DNA from: Fidelibacterota bacterium
GTDB taxonomy: Bacteria > Fidelibacterota > Fidelibacteria > Fidelibacterales > DSDE01
Reading direction: 5' to 3'
Length of the DNA stretch: 64,000 nucleotides
Assembly: GCA_046735395.1 (NCBI GenBank)
Contig: JBJKQR010000012.1
Span: 1-64,000, forward strand
Shown here: piece after piece, positions 8,723 to 19,568 of the stretch
How positions within the stretch are numbered: position 1 is the first letter of the stretch
How the letters are laid out: each line of letters begins with the position of its first letter
Program-made: the position numbers and the translations under genes
Notes under the pieces: model-generated
What the model saw: only the letters and a program-made list of their open reading frames with translations
Databases searched by the model: none
Told to the model about the DNA's origin: nothing

Positions 8723-9557
8723 GCTCAATCTCAATATAGATCTGGCCCGGGGCTGCGGATTCTGCTTCGGCGTGCGCAAGGCTCTGAAAAAAGCCGAAGA
8801 AGCCCTGGAAAACCATGATAAAATTTACCTCCTCGGTGATATTGTTCACAATGAACGGGTCGTGGATGACCTGAGCCGTCGGGGCGCTGTAGTCATATCT
8901 TCGCTGGATGAAACCAATGGTTCCCCCTTACTTTTCCGGGCTCACGGCACGGAAAAATCCATTGTGGAGGAGGCGAAACGGCGGGGCATCGAAGCCATCG
9001 ATGCGACCTGTCCTCTGGTCACGCTCATTCACGATGAGGTCCGGGAACTTTATGATGAGGGCCGCCATATTATCGTTATCGGGGATCAGGGGCACGAGGA
9101 AGTTCTGGGGATCGCATCCCAGGTTCCGGAGGCCATGATCGTCAGTTCACGGGAGGAGGCGGAGAAACTGCCCAAGTACAAGTCCATCGGCGTGGTGACC
9201 CAGAGTACGCAGATGCGGGAAAATGTTCAGGCTATTATCTGTGAATTATTCACAAAGACCCAGGATCTTCGCATTAAAAATACGATCTGCCATCCCACGA
9301 CAACAAATCAGGCGGAAGTCGAACGGATTTCCCGTGAAAATGATGCAGTCATCGTTATCGGATCCACCACATCTGCCAATTCGAAGCGGCTGCTGGCCAT
9401 GTCGCTGAAACACAATCCCCGGTCCTACATGATTTCAGGCCGGGAGGAAATAGATCCGGCCTGGTTCCGGGAGGGTGACCGCGTGGGCGTGACAGCCGGT
9501 GCGAGCACACCCGATGAAACGATCCGGGAAACCATAGAAACATTGAAAACCCTGTGA
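8691..9557 (+). CDS. ispH: 4-hydroxy-3-methylbut-2-enyl diphosphate reductase (start ATG 8691 or ATT 8718)
   Basis: GFCFGV, IVHN, RAHG, DATCPLV, HEEV, TICHPT, SANS and TAGASTPD. Confidence 0.95.
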   Translation: MLKNFRRSAIKLNLNIDLARGCGFCFGVRKALKKAEEALENHDKIYLLGDIVHNERVVDDLSRRGAVVISSLDETNGSPLLFRAHGTEKSIVEEAKRRGIEAIDATCPLVTLIHDEVRELYDEGRHIIVIGDQGHEEVLGIASQVPEAMIVSSREEAEKLPKYKSIGVVTQSTQMRENVQAIICELFTKTQDLRIKNTICHPTTTNQAEVERISRENDAVIVIGSTTSANSKRLLAMSLKHNPRSYMISGREEIDPAWFREGDRVGVTAGASTPDETIRETIETLKTL

Positions 9558-9596
9558 CGGGGAAAAGATAATTAATTTCAGGAGAAAGAAAGAATA

Positions 9597-10478
9597 ATGG
9601 AAAAAGCTTCATTTAAAGTCAAGGTTGGCCTGGCAGAGATGCTGAAGGGCGGTGTGATCATGGATGTGACCAATGCCGACCAGGCTAAAATCGCCGAGGA
9701 TGCCGGCGCAGCTGCTGTCATGGCCCTCGAACGGATTCCTTCCGATATCCGTGAATTCGGCGGGATTGCCCGGATGAGTGATCCGGAGATGATCATGAAA
9801 ATTCAGGATTCCGTTTCCATTCCGGTCATGGCCAAATGCCGCATCGGACATTTTGCCGAAGCTCAGATCCTGCAGGAACTTGGAATCGATTTTATTGACG
9901 AATCGGAAGTTCTCACACCGGCTGATCCTGACAATCATATCTGGAAGCATGATTTTACTGCTCCCTTTGTCTGTGGCTGCCGCAATCTCGGTGAAGCGCT
10001 GCGGCGCATCGGGGAAGGCGCTGCCATGATCCGTACCAAGGGCGAAGCCGGTACGGGTGACGTGATCGAAGCCGTCCGCCATATGCGTGAGGTCATGTCG
10101 GAAATCCGTAAGCTCACCACGATGGGAAAAGATGAATTGATGGCTGAAGCCAAGAAACTGGGTGCGCCCTTCGAACTCGTACAGGACGTGGCGTCCACCG
10201 GTAAACTGCCCGTGCCCAATTTTGCCGCCGGCGGCGTGGCTACTCCCGCTGACGCATCGCTCATGATGCAGCTCGGGGCCGAAGCTGTTTTCGTCGGATC
10301 GGGTATTTTCAAGTCGGAAGATCCGGCTGCCCGTGCGGAAGCGATTGTGAAGGCTGTCAGTTATTACACGGATCCCTCCGTGCTGCTGCAGGTATCCCGC
10401 GGCCTCAAGGAAGCCATGATCGGGAGACCGGCCCAGGATCTGCCCGAATCTGAAAAACTTGCCAAAAGGGGATGGTAA
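9597..10478 (+). CDS. pdxS: Pyridoxal 5'-phosphate synthase lyase subunit
   Basis: [41 protein letters not shown]; ends in RGW. Confidence 0.97.
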   Translation: MEKASFKVKVGLAEMLKGGVIMDVTNADQAKIAEDAGAAAVMALERIPSDIREFGGIARMSDPEMIMKIQDSVSIPVMAKCRIGHFAEAQILQELGIDFIDESEVLTPADPDNHIWKHDFTAPFVCGCRNLGEALRRIGEGAAMIRTKGEAGTGDVIEAVRHMREVMSEIRKLTTMGKDELMAEAKKLGAPFELVQDVASTGKLPVPNFAAGGVATPADASLMMQLGAEAVFVGSGIFKSEDPAARAEAIVKAVSYYTDPSVLLQVSRGLKEAMIGRPAQDLPESEKLAKRGW

Positions 10479-11068
10479 ACTTCGTGAGAGTCGGTGTACT
10501 GGGACTTCAGGGGGCCTATTTTGCCCATGCTGCCATGCTCAAGAAACTGGGTGTGACACCTGTAATCGTGAAATATGCGGAAGATCTTCAGGATATTGAA
10601 GGATTGATCATTCCCGGCGGGGAAAGTACGGTGAATTCACGCGTTTTCGGTTTTCGTCTGTCGCTGGAAGACCTTAATGAATTCGCAGAGAGTCATCCCG
10701 TCTTCGGTACCTGCGCCGGCCTCATCCTCATGGCCCGTTCGCTGGACGATCCCAAAGTCCGGCAGCTGGAGATTCTCGATGTTCGGGTTCGCCGCAATGC
10801 ATACGGACGCCAGACTGAAAGTTTCGAGAGCACTGTTAGCGGTTACTTTGACACGCCCTTTCCCGGCGTGTTCATCCGCGCTCCCCGTATCGAGTCCGTC
10901 GGGCCCGATGTGCGGGTTCTGGCGACCCTCGATTCCGTTCCTGTCTATGTGGAAAATGACCGGCACATGGCCTGCAGCTTCCATCCCGAACTGACCGAGG
11001 ATCCCCGTGTGCATGAAGTTTTTCTGGAAAAAATCAGGATGAATAATGAATTATCAACTTCTTCATAA
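10472..11068 (+). CDS. pdxT: PLP synthase glutaminase subunit
   Basis: GLQG, IPGGEST, GTCAGLI, RNAYGRQ, FIRAP, FHPE. Confidence 0.96.
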   Translation: MVNFVRVGVLGLQGAYFAHAAMLKKLGVTPVIVKYAEDLQDIEGLIIPGGESTVNSRVFGFRLSLEDLNEFAESHPVFGTCAGLILMARSLDDPKVRQLEILDVRVRRNAYGRQTESFESTVSGYFDTPFPGVFIRAPRIESVGPDVRVLATLDSVPVYVENDRHMACSFHPELTEDPRVHEVFLEKIRMNNELSTSS

Positions 11069-12908
11069 AATAGACAGTCCGGATGATCTCAAGGCGCTGA
11101 CACTGCCCGAACTCAAGATTCTGGCCGGTGAAATCCGTGAGTACATCATTGAAGCCATATCCCGGACCGGCGGCCACCTGGCGCCGTCGCTCGGTGTGGT
11201 GGAGCTGACCATCGCGCTGCTCTATGTCTTCGATATTCCCAATGACCGCATTCTCTGGGATGTGGGGCATCAGGCCTATCCCTATAAAGTTCTGACCGGC
11301 CGGAGAGATGCATTGAAATCCATTCGCCAGTACGGCGGAATCTCCGGTTTTCAGAAACGAAGTGAAAGCCGCTATGATGCTTTCGGCGCCGGTCATGCAT
11401 CCACATCCATCAGCGCGGGGCTGGGTTTTAGCATCGCCAATTCCATCCTGAATTCGGATGCCCGGGTCATCTCCGTCATCGGTGACGGAGCCCTCACCGG
11501 AGGCCTGGCTTATGAAGGTCTCAATAATGCCGGCCATCTGCGCAAACAGCTCATGGTCATTCTCAATGACAATACCATGAGTATTTCGCCGAATGTGGGC
11601 GCCATGGCCCGCTATCTCCATAAAATTGTAACGAATCCGCTGTATAACCGGCTCCGCGATGAAATCTGGCATCTGACTTCACGCCTGCCGGGAAAACTCT
11701 TTCTGCGCAAGACGATCCGCAAGCTGGAGGAAAGCCTCAAAGTGCTGCTCGTACCCGGTATTCTTTTTGATGAGATGGGCTTCCGCTATTTCGGGCCCAT
11801 CGACGGCCATGATCTGGGCGTACTCATTGATTCCCTCAACCGCTTGAAATCCATCCGGACGCCGGTGCTGCTGCATATACTCACCACCAAGGGCAAGGGA
11901 CTTCCCGAGGCCGAATCCGATCCCACACGCTTTCATGGTATCAAGGGGGAGAAATCCCCGTCCGACAGTCCGGCTCCCAAGGCGCCCGCCTATACGAATG
12001 TGTTCGGAAAGACGCTGGTTGAGATCGCGGATGCCCATCCTGACGTTGTGGGTGTCACAGCCGCCATGGCTGATGGTACAGGTATGATCGAGCTGGCTCA
12101 TAAATATCCGGATCGCAGCTTTGATGTGGGAATCGCCGAAGGACATGCCGTGACCTTTACGGCAGGATTGACTGCCGGGGGCCTCAGGCCCTTCACGGCG
12201 ATCTACAGCACCTTTCTTCAGAGGGCCGTGGATTCCATATTTCATGATGTTTCCCTGCAGAATCTGCCGGCCACCTTCTGTATCGACAGGGCCGGAGTCG
12301 TGGGGGAGGACGGGCCCACGCATCATGGTGTCTTTGATCTCAGTTTTCTGTCCATGCTTCCCGGAGCCATCGTGAGTGCGCCCCGGGATGGAAATGAACT
12401 GCGTAATCTCATGCACAGTTCACTGTCCGAAACCACAGCGCCGTATTTTATCCGTTATCCCCGGGATCACTCCGTTCGTTATGATCCCGATTTGCCGGTC
12501 GCACAGATTTCCACCGGATCCTGGGAAATTCTGCAGAAGGGTAAAAAGGTGGCAGTCCTGGCTGTAGGCTCCATGGTGGATGTGTGTGAAAGGGCGCTGA
12601 GCCTGCCGGGTATGGATCGCTATGCAGCGACTCTGGTCAATGCCCGCTTCATCAAGCCCATGGATACGGAAATGCTCACCGATATCGCCGGAACCCATCC
12701 GCATCTTGTAGTGGTCGAGGAAAATGCACCGGGCGGGGGACTCTCTGCTGCGGTTCTGAAATATGTCGCCGACAAGGGGCTGAAGGGAACGGTTCATGCC
12801 ATCACTCTTCCGGATTCATATATGCCTCATGGCCCGCGGGCGAAACTCCTCGAATTGGCGGGGCTTTCACCTGAAGCGATCGCGGAAAAAATCCGAAGTC
12901 TGTATTAA
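11046..12908 (+). CDS. dxs: 1-deoxy-D-xylulose-5-phosphate synthase
   Basis: [55 protein letters not shown]. Confidence 0.97.
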   Translation: MNYQLLHKIDSPDDLKALTLPELKILAGEIREYIIEAISRTGGHLAPSLGVVELTIALLYVFDIPNDRILWDVGHQAYPYKVLTGRRDALKSIRQYGGISGFQKRSESRYDAFGAGHASTSISAGLGFSIANSILNSDARVISVIGDGALTGGLAYEGLNNAGHLRKQLMVILNDNTMSISPNVGAMARYLHKIVTNPLYNRLRDEIWHLTSRLPGKLFLRKTIRKLEESLKVLLVPGILFDEMGFRYFGPIDGHDLGVLIDSLNRLKSIRTPVLLHILTTKGKGLPEAESDPTRFHGIKGEKSPSDSPAPKAPAYTNVFGKTLVEIADAHPDVVGVTAAMADGTGMIELAHKYPDRSFDVGIAEGHAVTFTAGLTAGGLRPFTAIYSTFLQRAVDSIFHDVSLQNLPATFCIDRAGVVGEDGPTHHGVFDLSFLSMLPGAIVSAPRDGNELRNLMHSSLSETTAPYFIRYPRDHSVRYDPDLPVAQISTGSWEILQKGKKVAVLAVGSMVDVCERALSLPGMDRYAATLVNARFIKPMDTEMLTDIAGTHPHLVVVEENAPGGGLSAAVLKYVADKGLKGTVHAITLPDSYMPHGPRAKLLELAGLSPEAIAEKIRSLY

Positions 12909-12922
12909 ACGGGAAAGAAGCC

Positions 12923-14566
12923 ATGTCCTTTAAAGATAAGAAGAAAAGCTGGGAGGGAAAGGTCACGGAGCTGAAAACCCGTGATTATGATTTTGATACT
13001 TTGTCGGGTGTTCCGAATAAACTGCTGTATACACCGGAAGATCAGGATGGGGATTACGGGGAAAAGCTGGGATTTCCCGGACAGTACCCATACACGCGGG
13101 GTGTCCATCCCAACTTGTACAGGGGCAAACTGTGGACAATGCGGCAGTTCGCCGGTTTCGGCACACCGGAACAGACCAATGCGCGTTTCAAATTTCTGCT
13201 GGCCGGCGGACAGACAGGGCTGAGTGTGGCATTTGACATGCCGACGCTGATGGGCTATGATCCGGATCATCCCATGAGCAGGGGAGAAGTGGGAAAATGC
13301 GGCGTCTCCACAGCAAGCATTCGTGATTTCGAACGGCTTTTCGACGGAATTCCCCTTGATGAAGTTTCCACCTCCATGACCATCAATTCCACGGCTATTA
13401 TCGCGCTGGCCTTTTATGTCGTGACGGCTGAACGTCAGGGCCTGCCGGTGGAAAAGCTGCGCGGTACGCTGCAGAATGACATTCTCAAAGAATATATCGC
13501 CCAGAAGGAATGGATCTATCCGCCCGAACCGTCCATGCGTCTCATTACGGACATGATGAAATGGTGCAGTGAACATACGCCGCTCTATAATACGATTTCC
13601 ATCAGTGGCTATCATATCCGCGAAGCCGGATCCTCCGCGGCCCAGGAACTCGCCTTTACCCTGGCGGACGGGTTTACCTACGTGGAATACGCCATGAAGG
13701 CCGGTATGGATGTGGATGAATTCGCGCCCCGTCTCAGCTTCTTTTTCAATGCCCATTCAGATTTTTTTGAGGAAATTGCCAAATACAGGGCAGCCCGTCG
13801 AATCTGGGCCCGCCACATGAAAAACCGTTACGGAGCCAAAAAGGAAAAATCCCTCATGCTCCGTTTTCACACGCAGACGGCCGGATGTTCGCTCACGGCC
13901 CAGCAGCCGGAAGTCAATATTGCCCGGGTGGCATTTCAGGCCATGGCTGCCGTACTCGGCGGCACCCAGTCTCTGCATACAAATTCCATGGATGAAACGC
14001 TCGCTCTGCCCAGTGAAAAAGCGGTGGAGATCGCCCTGAGAACCCAGCAGGTTCTGGCCTGTGAAACCGGCGCTGCGTCAGTCGTGGATCCCCTGGGCGG
14101 CAGCTATTACGTGGAAGCGCTGACTGATGGTATCGAAGCGGAAGCGGAAGCGTATTTTAAAAAAATTGAAGATCTGGGCGGTGTGATCCCGGCGATAGAA
14201 TCCGGTTATCTCCAGCGCGAGATTGCCTCCGCAGCCTATCAGGCCCATAAAAAACTGGAATCCGGCCGGCGTATCGTCGTGGGTGTCAATGATTTTATCA
14301 AGGAAAATGAAACCCTGGATATTCCTATTCTCGAAATCGACGCTTCCGTGGAAACGGATCAGGTGAAGCGTATTCAGCAGCTGCGGAATTCCCGGAATGC
14401 GTCCGATGTTCAGACCGGTCTGAAGCGGCTTGAGGCTGCGGCAGCCGATGGCAGTAATATCATGGAACCGCTTCTGGACTGCGTTCGAAAAGACTGTACT
14501 CTCGGAGAAATTGTAGACAGCATGAAGAAGGTTTTCGGAACCTGGGAAGAGAGTTCGGAATTCTGA
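12923..14566 (+). CDS. B12-dependent acyl-CoA mutase large (substrate-binding) subunit, isobutyryl-CoA-mutase-type signature
   Basis: [50 protein letters not shown]; no C-terminal DxHxxG B12 domain. Confidence 0.92.
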   Translation: MSFKDKKKSWEGKVTELKTRDYDFDTLSGVPNKLLYTPEDQDGDYGEKLGFPGQYPYTRGVHPNLYRGKLWTMRQFAGFGTPEQTNARFKFLLAGGQTGLSVAFDMPTLMGYDPDHPMSRGEVGKCGVSTASIRDFERLFDGIPLDEVSTSMTINSTAIIALAFYVVTAERQGLPVEKLRGTLQNDILKEYIAQKEWIYPPEPSMRLITDMMKWCSEHTPLYNTISISGYHIREAGSSAAQELAFTLADGFTYVEYAMKAGMDVDEFAPRLSFFFNAHSDFFEEIAKYRAARRIWARHMKNRYGAKKEKSLMLRFHTQTAGCSLTAQQPEVNIARVAFQAMAAVLGGTQSLHTNSMDETLALPSEKAVEIALRTQQVLACETGAASVVDPLGGSYYVEALTDGIEAEAEAYFKKIEDLGGVIPAIESGYLQREIASAAYQAHKKLESGRRIVVGVNDFIKENETLDIPILEIDASVETDQVKRIQQLRNSRNASDVQTGLKRLEAAAADGSNIMEPLLDCVRKDCTLGEIVDSMKKVFGTWEESSEF

Positions 14567-15396
14567 TGAGCTGGTCTCCCAATCCCCCCTATTGCTACGC
14601 TGATCTGCATATTCACAGTACAAGTTCCGATGGGGTACTGTCACCCTCCGAGCTGGCGGGTAAACTGAACCGGGCCCGGGTGAAAATCGCAGCCCTCACC
14701 GATCATGATTCGCTGGACGGCATCCGCGAATTTCGTGAAAAATTTACAGGCAGGACGGTAAGCGGAACCGAACTTTCCGTTATGGCCGGGGGTGAGGATA
14801 TCCACCTGCTGGGTTATAATTTTGATATGGAGAACCCGTCTCTCAACCAGGCTATTCAGACCTATCGCGATGCGCGCTATCAGCGGATTTTCCGTATCTG
14901 CGAGAAGCTGGGTGAACTGGGCGTGAAGCTTGATCCGGAAAGCCTGTTCGACCAGGGCCGGGACAGCAGTTACGGACGTCCTCATATCGCCCGGAAACTG
15001 CTCGAAGCCGGTGTGGTGAGATCGGTTCAGCAGGCCTTTGACAAATATTTGTCCCAGAATGCCCCTGCCTATGTTCCCAAGCACCGGATGTCGCTGCAGG
15101 AGGGGGTTGCCCTCATCCATCAGGCCGGCGGCATTGCCGTTCTGGCCCACCCCATGCTCTATTTCAAAACAGAACTCATGGATGCGGCAATAGATTCGGG
15201 TATTGACGGGATTGAACTGTATCATCCGCAGCAGAACGCCGGACAGCGCAAAGCTCTCCTTGATTTCTTCGGGAGTCGCGTCCGGGCCTTCAGCGGAGGG
15301 TCGGACTTTCACGGAAACTGGGAAGGCCGGGACAGCCTGGGGCTTTTCGGACTCGATTTTGACGAATGGACCAAACTTCGGAAACTCATTGATTAA
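14566..15396 (+). CDS. PHP-domain phosphoesterase (TrpH/YciV-like)
   Basis: DLHIHS, TDHD, GRPHIA, LAHP, GGSDFHG. Confidence 0.88.
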   Translation: MSWSPNPPYCYADLHIHSTSSDGVLSPSELAGKLNRARVKIAALTDHDSLDGIREFREKFTGRTVSGTELSVMAGGEDIHLLGYNFDMENPSLNQAIQTYRDARYQRIFRICEKLGELGVKLDPESLFDQGRDSSYGRPHIARKLLEAGVVRSVQQAFDKYLSQNAPAYVPKHRMSLQEGVALIHQAGGIAVLAHPMLYFKTELMDAAIDSGIDGIELYHPQQNAGQRKALLDFFGSRVRAFSGGSDFHGNWEGRDSLGLFGLDFDEWTKLRKLID

Positions 15397-15454
15397 ATAA
15401 CTCAAACAAAAGATAGATTATCGTATATTTAACGAATGAAGATAAGGAAACACT

Positions 15455-15883
15455 ATGAATAGAGGACTTAAAATCACCGCGGGCATCGTTGTGATTGCAG
15501 CGGCGCTGGTTTACTGGACCTTCCAGAGTCTGCAGGGAAATCAGGTCTATTATATGACCGTCAAGGATCTGCAGGCGGCTGAGCATATCAATCCATCCAC
15601 ACGGATCAAACTGGGCGGAACCGTTCAGAGCGGCAGCATTCAGCTGCTTTCGCCCATGGCCGTGGATTTCCGGCTCATGCAGGATTCCTCCTTTGTGAAT
15701 GTGAAATTTCAGGGTGTGATCCCTGATATGTTCAAGGAGGATGCGGATGTGATCGTGGAAGGAAGCTATCACGATCAGGTGTTTATTGCCGATAATCTCA
15801 TCGCCAAGTGCGCGTCGAAATATGAAACGGACTTTAGCCATGAAGAAATGGGACTTGATTCCCTGAAAGAGACTGAGGATTAA
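15455..15883 (+). CDS. ccmE: Cytochrome c maturation heme chaperone CcmE, Cys variant
   Basis: N-terminal TM, PDMFKE..VIVEG, AKCASKY (CxxxY); directly upstream of ccmF. Confidence 0.9.
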   Translation: MNRGLKITAGIVVIAAALVYWTFQSLQGNQVYYMTVKDLQAAEHINPSTRIKLGGTVQSGSIQLLSPMAVDFRLMQDSSFVNVKFQGVIPDMFKEDADVIVEGSYHDQVFIADNLIAKCASKYETDFSHEEMGLDSLKETED

Positions 15884-17839
15884 ATGGTACTCACAGGTAA
15901 TTTTTCACTTCATCTGGCTCTGGTTTTTTCCCTTCTGTCCCTGATCATGGGAACGCTGGGAATCAGCCTGAAACGCCAGTCACTTGTTCAGATCAGCACG
16001 AAGGCACTCTACACGGTCTTTTTCCTTCTGACCATCGCCGTGGTTTCGCTGCTTCATGAAATCATTATTAATAATTTCAATGTGGAATATGTGGCCTCCT
16101 ATTCCAGCTCCATCACACCCCTGGCCTACAAGGTCACTGCACTCTGGGGCGGACAGCAGGGCTCTCTGCTCTTCTGGGTATGGATCCTGTCCGTGTATAC
16201 CGCGGCGGCACTTTTCCTGTCCCGGAAGCGGGAACTTGTTCTGCTTCCCTACGTGGGAATGGTTCTGGCCCTGACCCTCACCTTCTTTACCTATCTGGTT
16301 TCGGTGCATACAAATCCCTTTGACCTCATGCCCGCCGGGATTCATGCGGCTGAAGGGCGGGGGCTGAACCCTCTTCTGCAGAATCTGGGAATGGCCATCC
16401 ATCCGCCGCTTCTCTACATCGGGTTCATCGGGTTTTCCGTTCCCTTTGCCTTTGCCATTGCGGCCCTGTATACCGGCCGTCTGGATAATCTGTGGCTGCA
16501 GACGACCCGGAAATGGACGCTTTTTGCCTGGCTCTTCCTCACTGCCGGTATTGTCGTGGGTATGGCCTGGGCCTATGTGGTTCTCGGCTGGGGCGGCTAC
16601 TGGGGCTGGGATCCGGTGGAAAATGCCTCGCTGATTCCCTGGCTCACGGGTACGGCCTATCTCCATTCCGTCATTATTCAGGAAAAGCGGAATATGCTCA
16701 GAACCTGGAATATGGTCCTCATCCTGCTCACTTTTCTTCTGACCATCTGGGGAACCTTCATCACCCGCTCCGGACTCATTTCCTCCGTTCACAGTTTCGC
16801 GAATTCGGGCATCGGTCCCATCTTCGTGAATTTCATGGGCATTGTTGCCGTTATTTCCATTGCTCTCCTGGTGAAAAACCTCGGACAGCTGAAATCCGCC
16901 AACAAACTTGAATCACCCCTGTCCCGCGAATCCTCCTTCCTGCTGAACAATATCGTTTTTCTCGGAATTGCCTTTGCCGTCCTGTGGGGAACGGTATTTC
17001 CCATGATCACGGAAGCGGTGCGCGGTGTGAAAATTACAGTGGGCCCGCCTTTCTTCAATCAGATCAATGTTCCTGTCGGCATCGTGCTGCTGGCCCTCAT
17101 GGGGATTACACCCTTGTTTACCTGGCGCAGAACGGCCACTGTCCGGCTTCTGCGCAACCTGCTCTATCCCATTCTGCTCAGCCTGGCCGCCATGCTGGCC
17201 TTTTATCTGCTAGGCCTCCGGGAATTTTTTCCGCTTACCACCGCAGCCATCTCGGTCTTCGTGACACTCATCCTTTTCATCGAATTTTACCGTGGGATGA
17301 AAACGCGAATGAAGACCAAGGGTGAATCGGCGCTGACCGCCTTTGTCCATCTGATCGGAAAGAACAAGCGGCGCTACGGCGGCTATATCGTACACTTCGG
17401 CGTGGTCCTCATCTTTGTGGGATTTATCGGTTCCGCCTTCAATGACGAACTGGAAACGGTTCTCAAGCCCGGCCAGGATATATCCATCGGAAAATATCAT
17501 TTCGTGTACCAGAATTACCATGTTTTCAACCGTGTCAATCATCAGGTCAAGACCATTGCGCTCAAGGTTGACAGAAATGGCAAGGATCTGGGCACACTCA
17601 ATCCGGAAAAACGGCTGTATTTCGTTACGAACCAGCCCAATACAAACGTGGATTTTCTGTCCAATCTGAAGGAGGATGTGTATGTCGTCCTGGCGGATCT
17701 GCGGCAGAATGACGGCAGCGCATCCATTAAAATTCTCATCAATCCTCTCGTGCTCTGGATCTGGATCGGGTCTCTCGTCATGATCGCCGGGACCTTTGTG
17801 GCCATTTCCACCTCCACCCGGTTTAAGAAGGAGAAATAA
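15884..17839 (+). CDS. ccmF: Heme lyase CcmF
   Basis: WGGQQGSLLFW, GLNPLL, HPP, WGGYWGWDPVEN, RSG..SVHSF; many TM helices. Confidence 0.96.
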   Translation: MVLTGNFSLHLALVFSLLSLIMGTLGISLKRQSLVQISTKALYTVFFLLTIAVVSLLHEIIINNFNVEYVASYSSSITPLAYKVTALWGGQQGSLLFWVWILSVYTAAALFLSRKRELVLLPYVGMVLALTLTFFTYLVSVHTNPFDLMPAGIHAAEGRGLNPLLQNLGMAIHPPLLYIGFIGFSVPFAFAIAALYTGRLDNLWLQTTRKWTLFAWLFLTAGIVVGMAWAYVVLGWGGYWGWDPVENASLIPWLTGTAYLHSVIIQEKRNMLRTWNMVLILLTFLLTIWGTFITRSGLISSVHSFANSGIGPIFVNFMGIVAVISIALLVKNLGQLKSANKLESPLSRESSFLLNNIVFLGIAFAVLWGTVFPMITEAVRGVKITVGPPFFNQINVPVGIVLLALMGITPLFTWRRTATVRLLRNLLYPILLSLAAMLAFYLLGLREFFPLTTAAISVFVTLILFIEFYRGMKTRMKTKGESALTAFVHLIGKNKRRYGGYIVHFGVVLIFVGFIGSAFNDELETVLKPGQDISIGKYHFVYQNYHVFNRVNHQVKTIALKVDRNGKDLGTLNPEKRLYFVTNQPNTNVDFLSNLKEDVYVVLADLRQNDGSASIKILINPLVLWIWIGSLVMIAGTFVAISTSTRFKKEK

Positions 17840-17842
17840 ACC

Positions 17843-18202
17843 ATGGAATATATTGTTGTCTTTGCTGTTCTGCTGCTGTCGCTGGGTTTTACCTTCTATC
17901 CGCTTTTCAGACCGGGATCCGAGGACTGGGCTTTCAATGGAAATCCCCGTATCCGGGAAGGCCTGGAATATGACAAGAATGCACTATACCAGCAGATCAT
18001 CGAACTTGATTTTGACCATGACCTCGGCAATATCGAGGAATCCGACTATGAAATGGCCAGGAATGAACTGAAAAGCCAGGCTGCCGGCGTCATTGCCCGC
18101 CTCAATGCGGGTGAGGGCGAAGACCTCCGCTGCTCAGCCTGCGGTGAACAGCTGGCTCCCAATGATAAGTTCTGTCCCTTCTGCGGCCAGAAACAGGCCT
18201 GA
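17843..18202 (+). CDS. CcmI-like small membrane protein with C-terminal zinc ribbon
   Basis: N-terminal TM, ELDFDHDLGNIEESDY segment, CSAC...CPFCG. Confidence 0.65.
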   Translation: MEYIVVFAVLLLSLGFTFYPLFRPGSEDWAFNGNPRIREGLEYDKNALYQQIIELDFDHDLGNIEESDYEMARNELKSQAAGVIARLNAGEGEDLRCSACGEQLAPNDKFCPFCGQKQA

Positions 18203-18209
18203 TTTCTGC

Positions 18210-18911
18210 ATGCTTAAGATCGATTCCCTGTCCAAATCCTTCGGCCATTTTACCGTTTGGGAGAACGTATCCTTGTCGGTGAATGCGGGCGAGGTACTGG
18301 GCCTTTTCGGGGTGAATGGCTCCGGAAAGACGACGCTGCTGAAGAGCATCGCGGGAATCGTTTCACCCAATTCAGGTGCGGTCACCATCAATGATCAGGA
18401 CATCCGGAAATTTCCCGCAGCCCGTCGGCACATCGGTTTCCTGACTCACCAGAGTCTGTATTATCATGATCTCAGCTGCATGGAAAATCTCGCCTTCACG
18501 GCATCGCTCTACAAGCTGAGCTTATCCAGAAACCAGCTCCTGGACCGTCTGGACGCGGTCGGCCTCAAGCGCTGGGCGGATGAACCGGCCAAATATTTCA
18601 GCAGGGGCATGCATCAGCGCCTGGCCATTGCCAAATCCCTGCTCCACGATCCGGACCTCATCCTCTTTGATGAGCCCTATACAGGTCTGGATGAAGATGC
18701 GGGAGGGATGCTTACCGAGACGCTTCGGAACCTGTCCGCATCCGGCCGGGCTGTGATTCTCGTGACTCATGATCTGAGACAGGGTTATGATCTGTGTAGC
18801 CGGCCTGCCCTGCTGGCCGGAGGCAGTCTCCAGTCCTTTCCTGATAAATCTGCTCTCCCTTTCGAGGAATTTCACCATCGTTTCATGCAGAAGGAGAGGA
18901 GGAATTCATGA
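18210..18911 (+). CDS. ccmA: Heme exporter ATP-binding protein CcmA
   Basis: GVNGSGKT Walker A, FSRGMHQR, FDEPYTGLD; upstream of ccmB. Confidence 0.88.
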   Translation: MLKIDSLSKSFGHFTVWENVSLSVNAGEVLGLFGVNGSGKTTLLKSIAGIVSPNSGAVTINDQDIRKFPAARRHIGFLTHQSLYYHDLSCMENLAFTASLYKLSLSRNQLLDRLDAVGLKRWADEPAKYFSRGMHQRLAIAKSLLHDPDLILFDEPYTGLDEDAGGMLTETLRNLSASGRAVILVTHDLRQGYDLCSRPALLAGGSLQSFPDKSALPFEEFHHRFMQKERRNS

Positions 18912-19567
18912 TTTTCTGGCAGCTCATCCGAAAAGACCTGCTCATCGAATGGAAAAACAAGGACGCCCTTCTGGCCATGGCGGCCTTTACCGCCCTGGTT
19001 CTGCTCCTCTTCGGCATTGCCGTCGAATCCATTCCGAAACTGCTCATCGATATCGCTCCCGGCGCCATCTGGATCACTTACCTTTTCGCCGCCGTGCTGG
19101 GTTTTAACCGCCTGGCCATGGTCGAGCGGGAAAATAACGCCATCTATACGCTGCTGGTCGCGCCCATTGACCGCTCTCTCATCTTTCTGTCAAAATTCGC
19201 GGTGAATTTTATTCTCATCATGATTGTGGAACTCATTTCCATCCCGCTGATCATTCTCTTCTTCAATATTGATCTCTTTGCTGTGATTCTGAATATTCTC
19301 GCTGTTTTCACACTTGCCACGCTCGGCATGTCGGCCATCGGAACACTCTTCTCCGCCATGCTGGTGAATATCCGCATGAAGGATGTGCTCATGCCGCTGC
19401 TGACCTTCCCCATTCTGGTTCCCCTGCTCATTGCCGCCGTCAGCCTGACCCGTTCCTATATCACCGGCACGGATGTACAGACTTACTGGTTTAAAATGCT
19501 GGTCAGCTATGATGTCATCTTCATGACGGCCGGTTTCATTCTTTATGAATATCTGTTGGAGGAATAA
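18908..19567 (+). CDS. ccmB: Heme exporter permease CcmB
   Basis: KDLLIEW, ~6 TM helices, LMPLLTFPILVPLLIAAV. Confidence 0.88.
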   Translation: MIFWQLIRKDLLIEWKNKDALLAMAAFTALVLLLFGIAVESIPKLLIDIAPGAIWITYLFAAVLGFNRLAMVERENNAIYTLLVAPIDRSLIFLSKFAVNFILIMIVELISIPLIILFFNIDLFAVILNILAVFTLATLGMSAIGTLFSAMLVNIRMKDVLMPLLTFPILVPLLIAAVSLTRSYITGTDVQTYWFKMLVSYDVIFMTAGFILYEYLLEE

Positions 19568-19568
19568 T

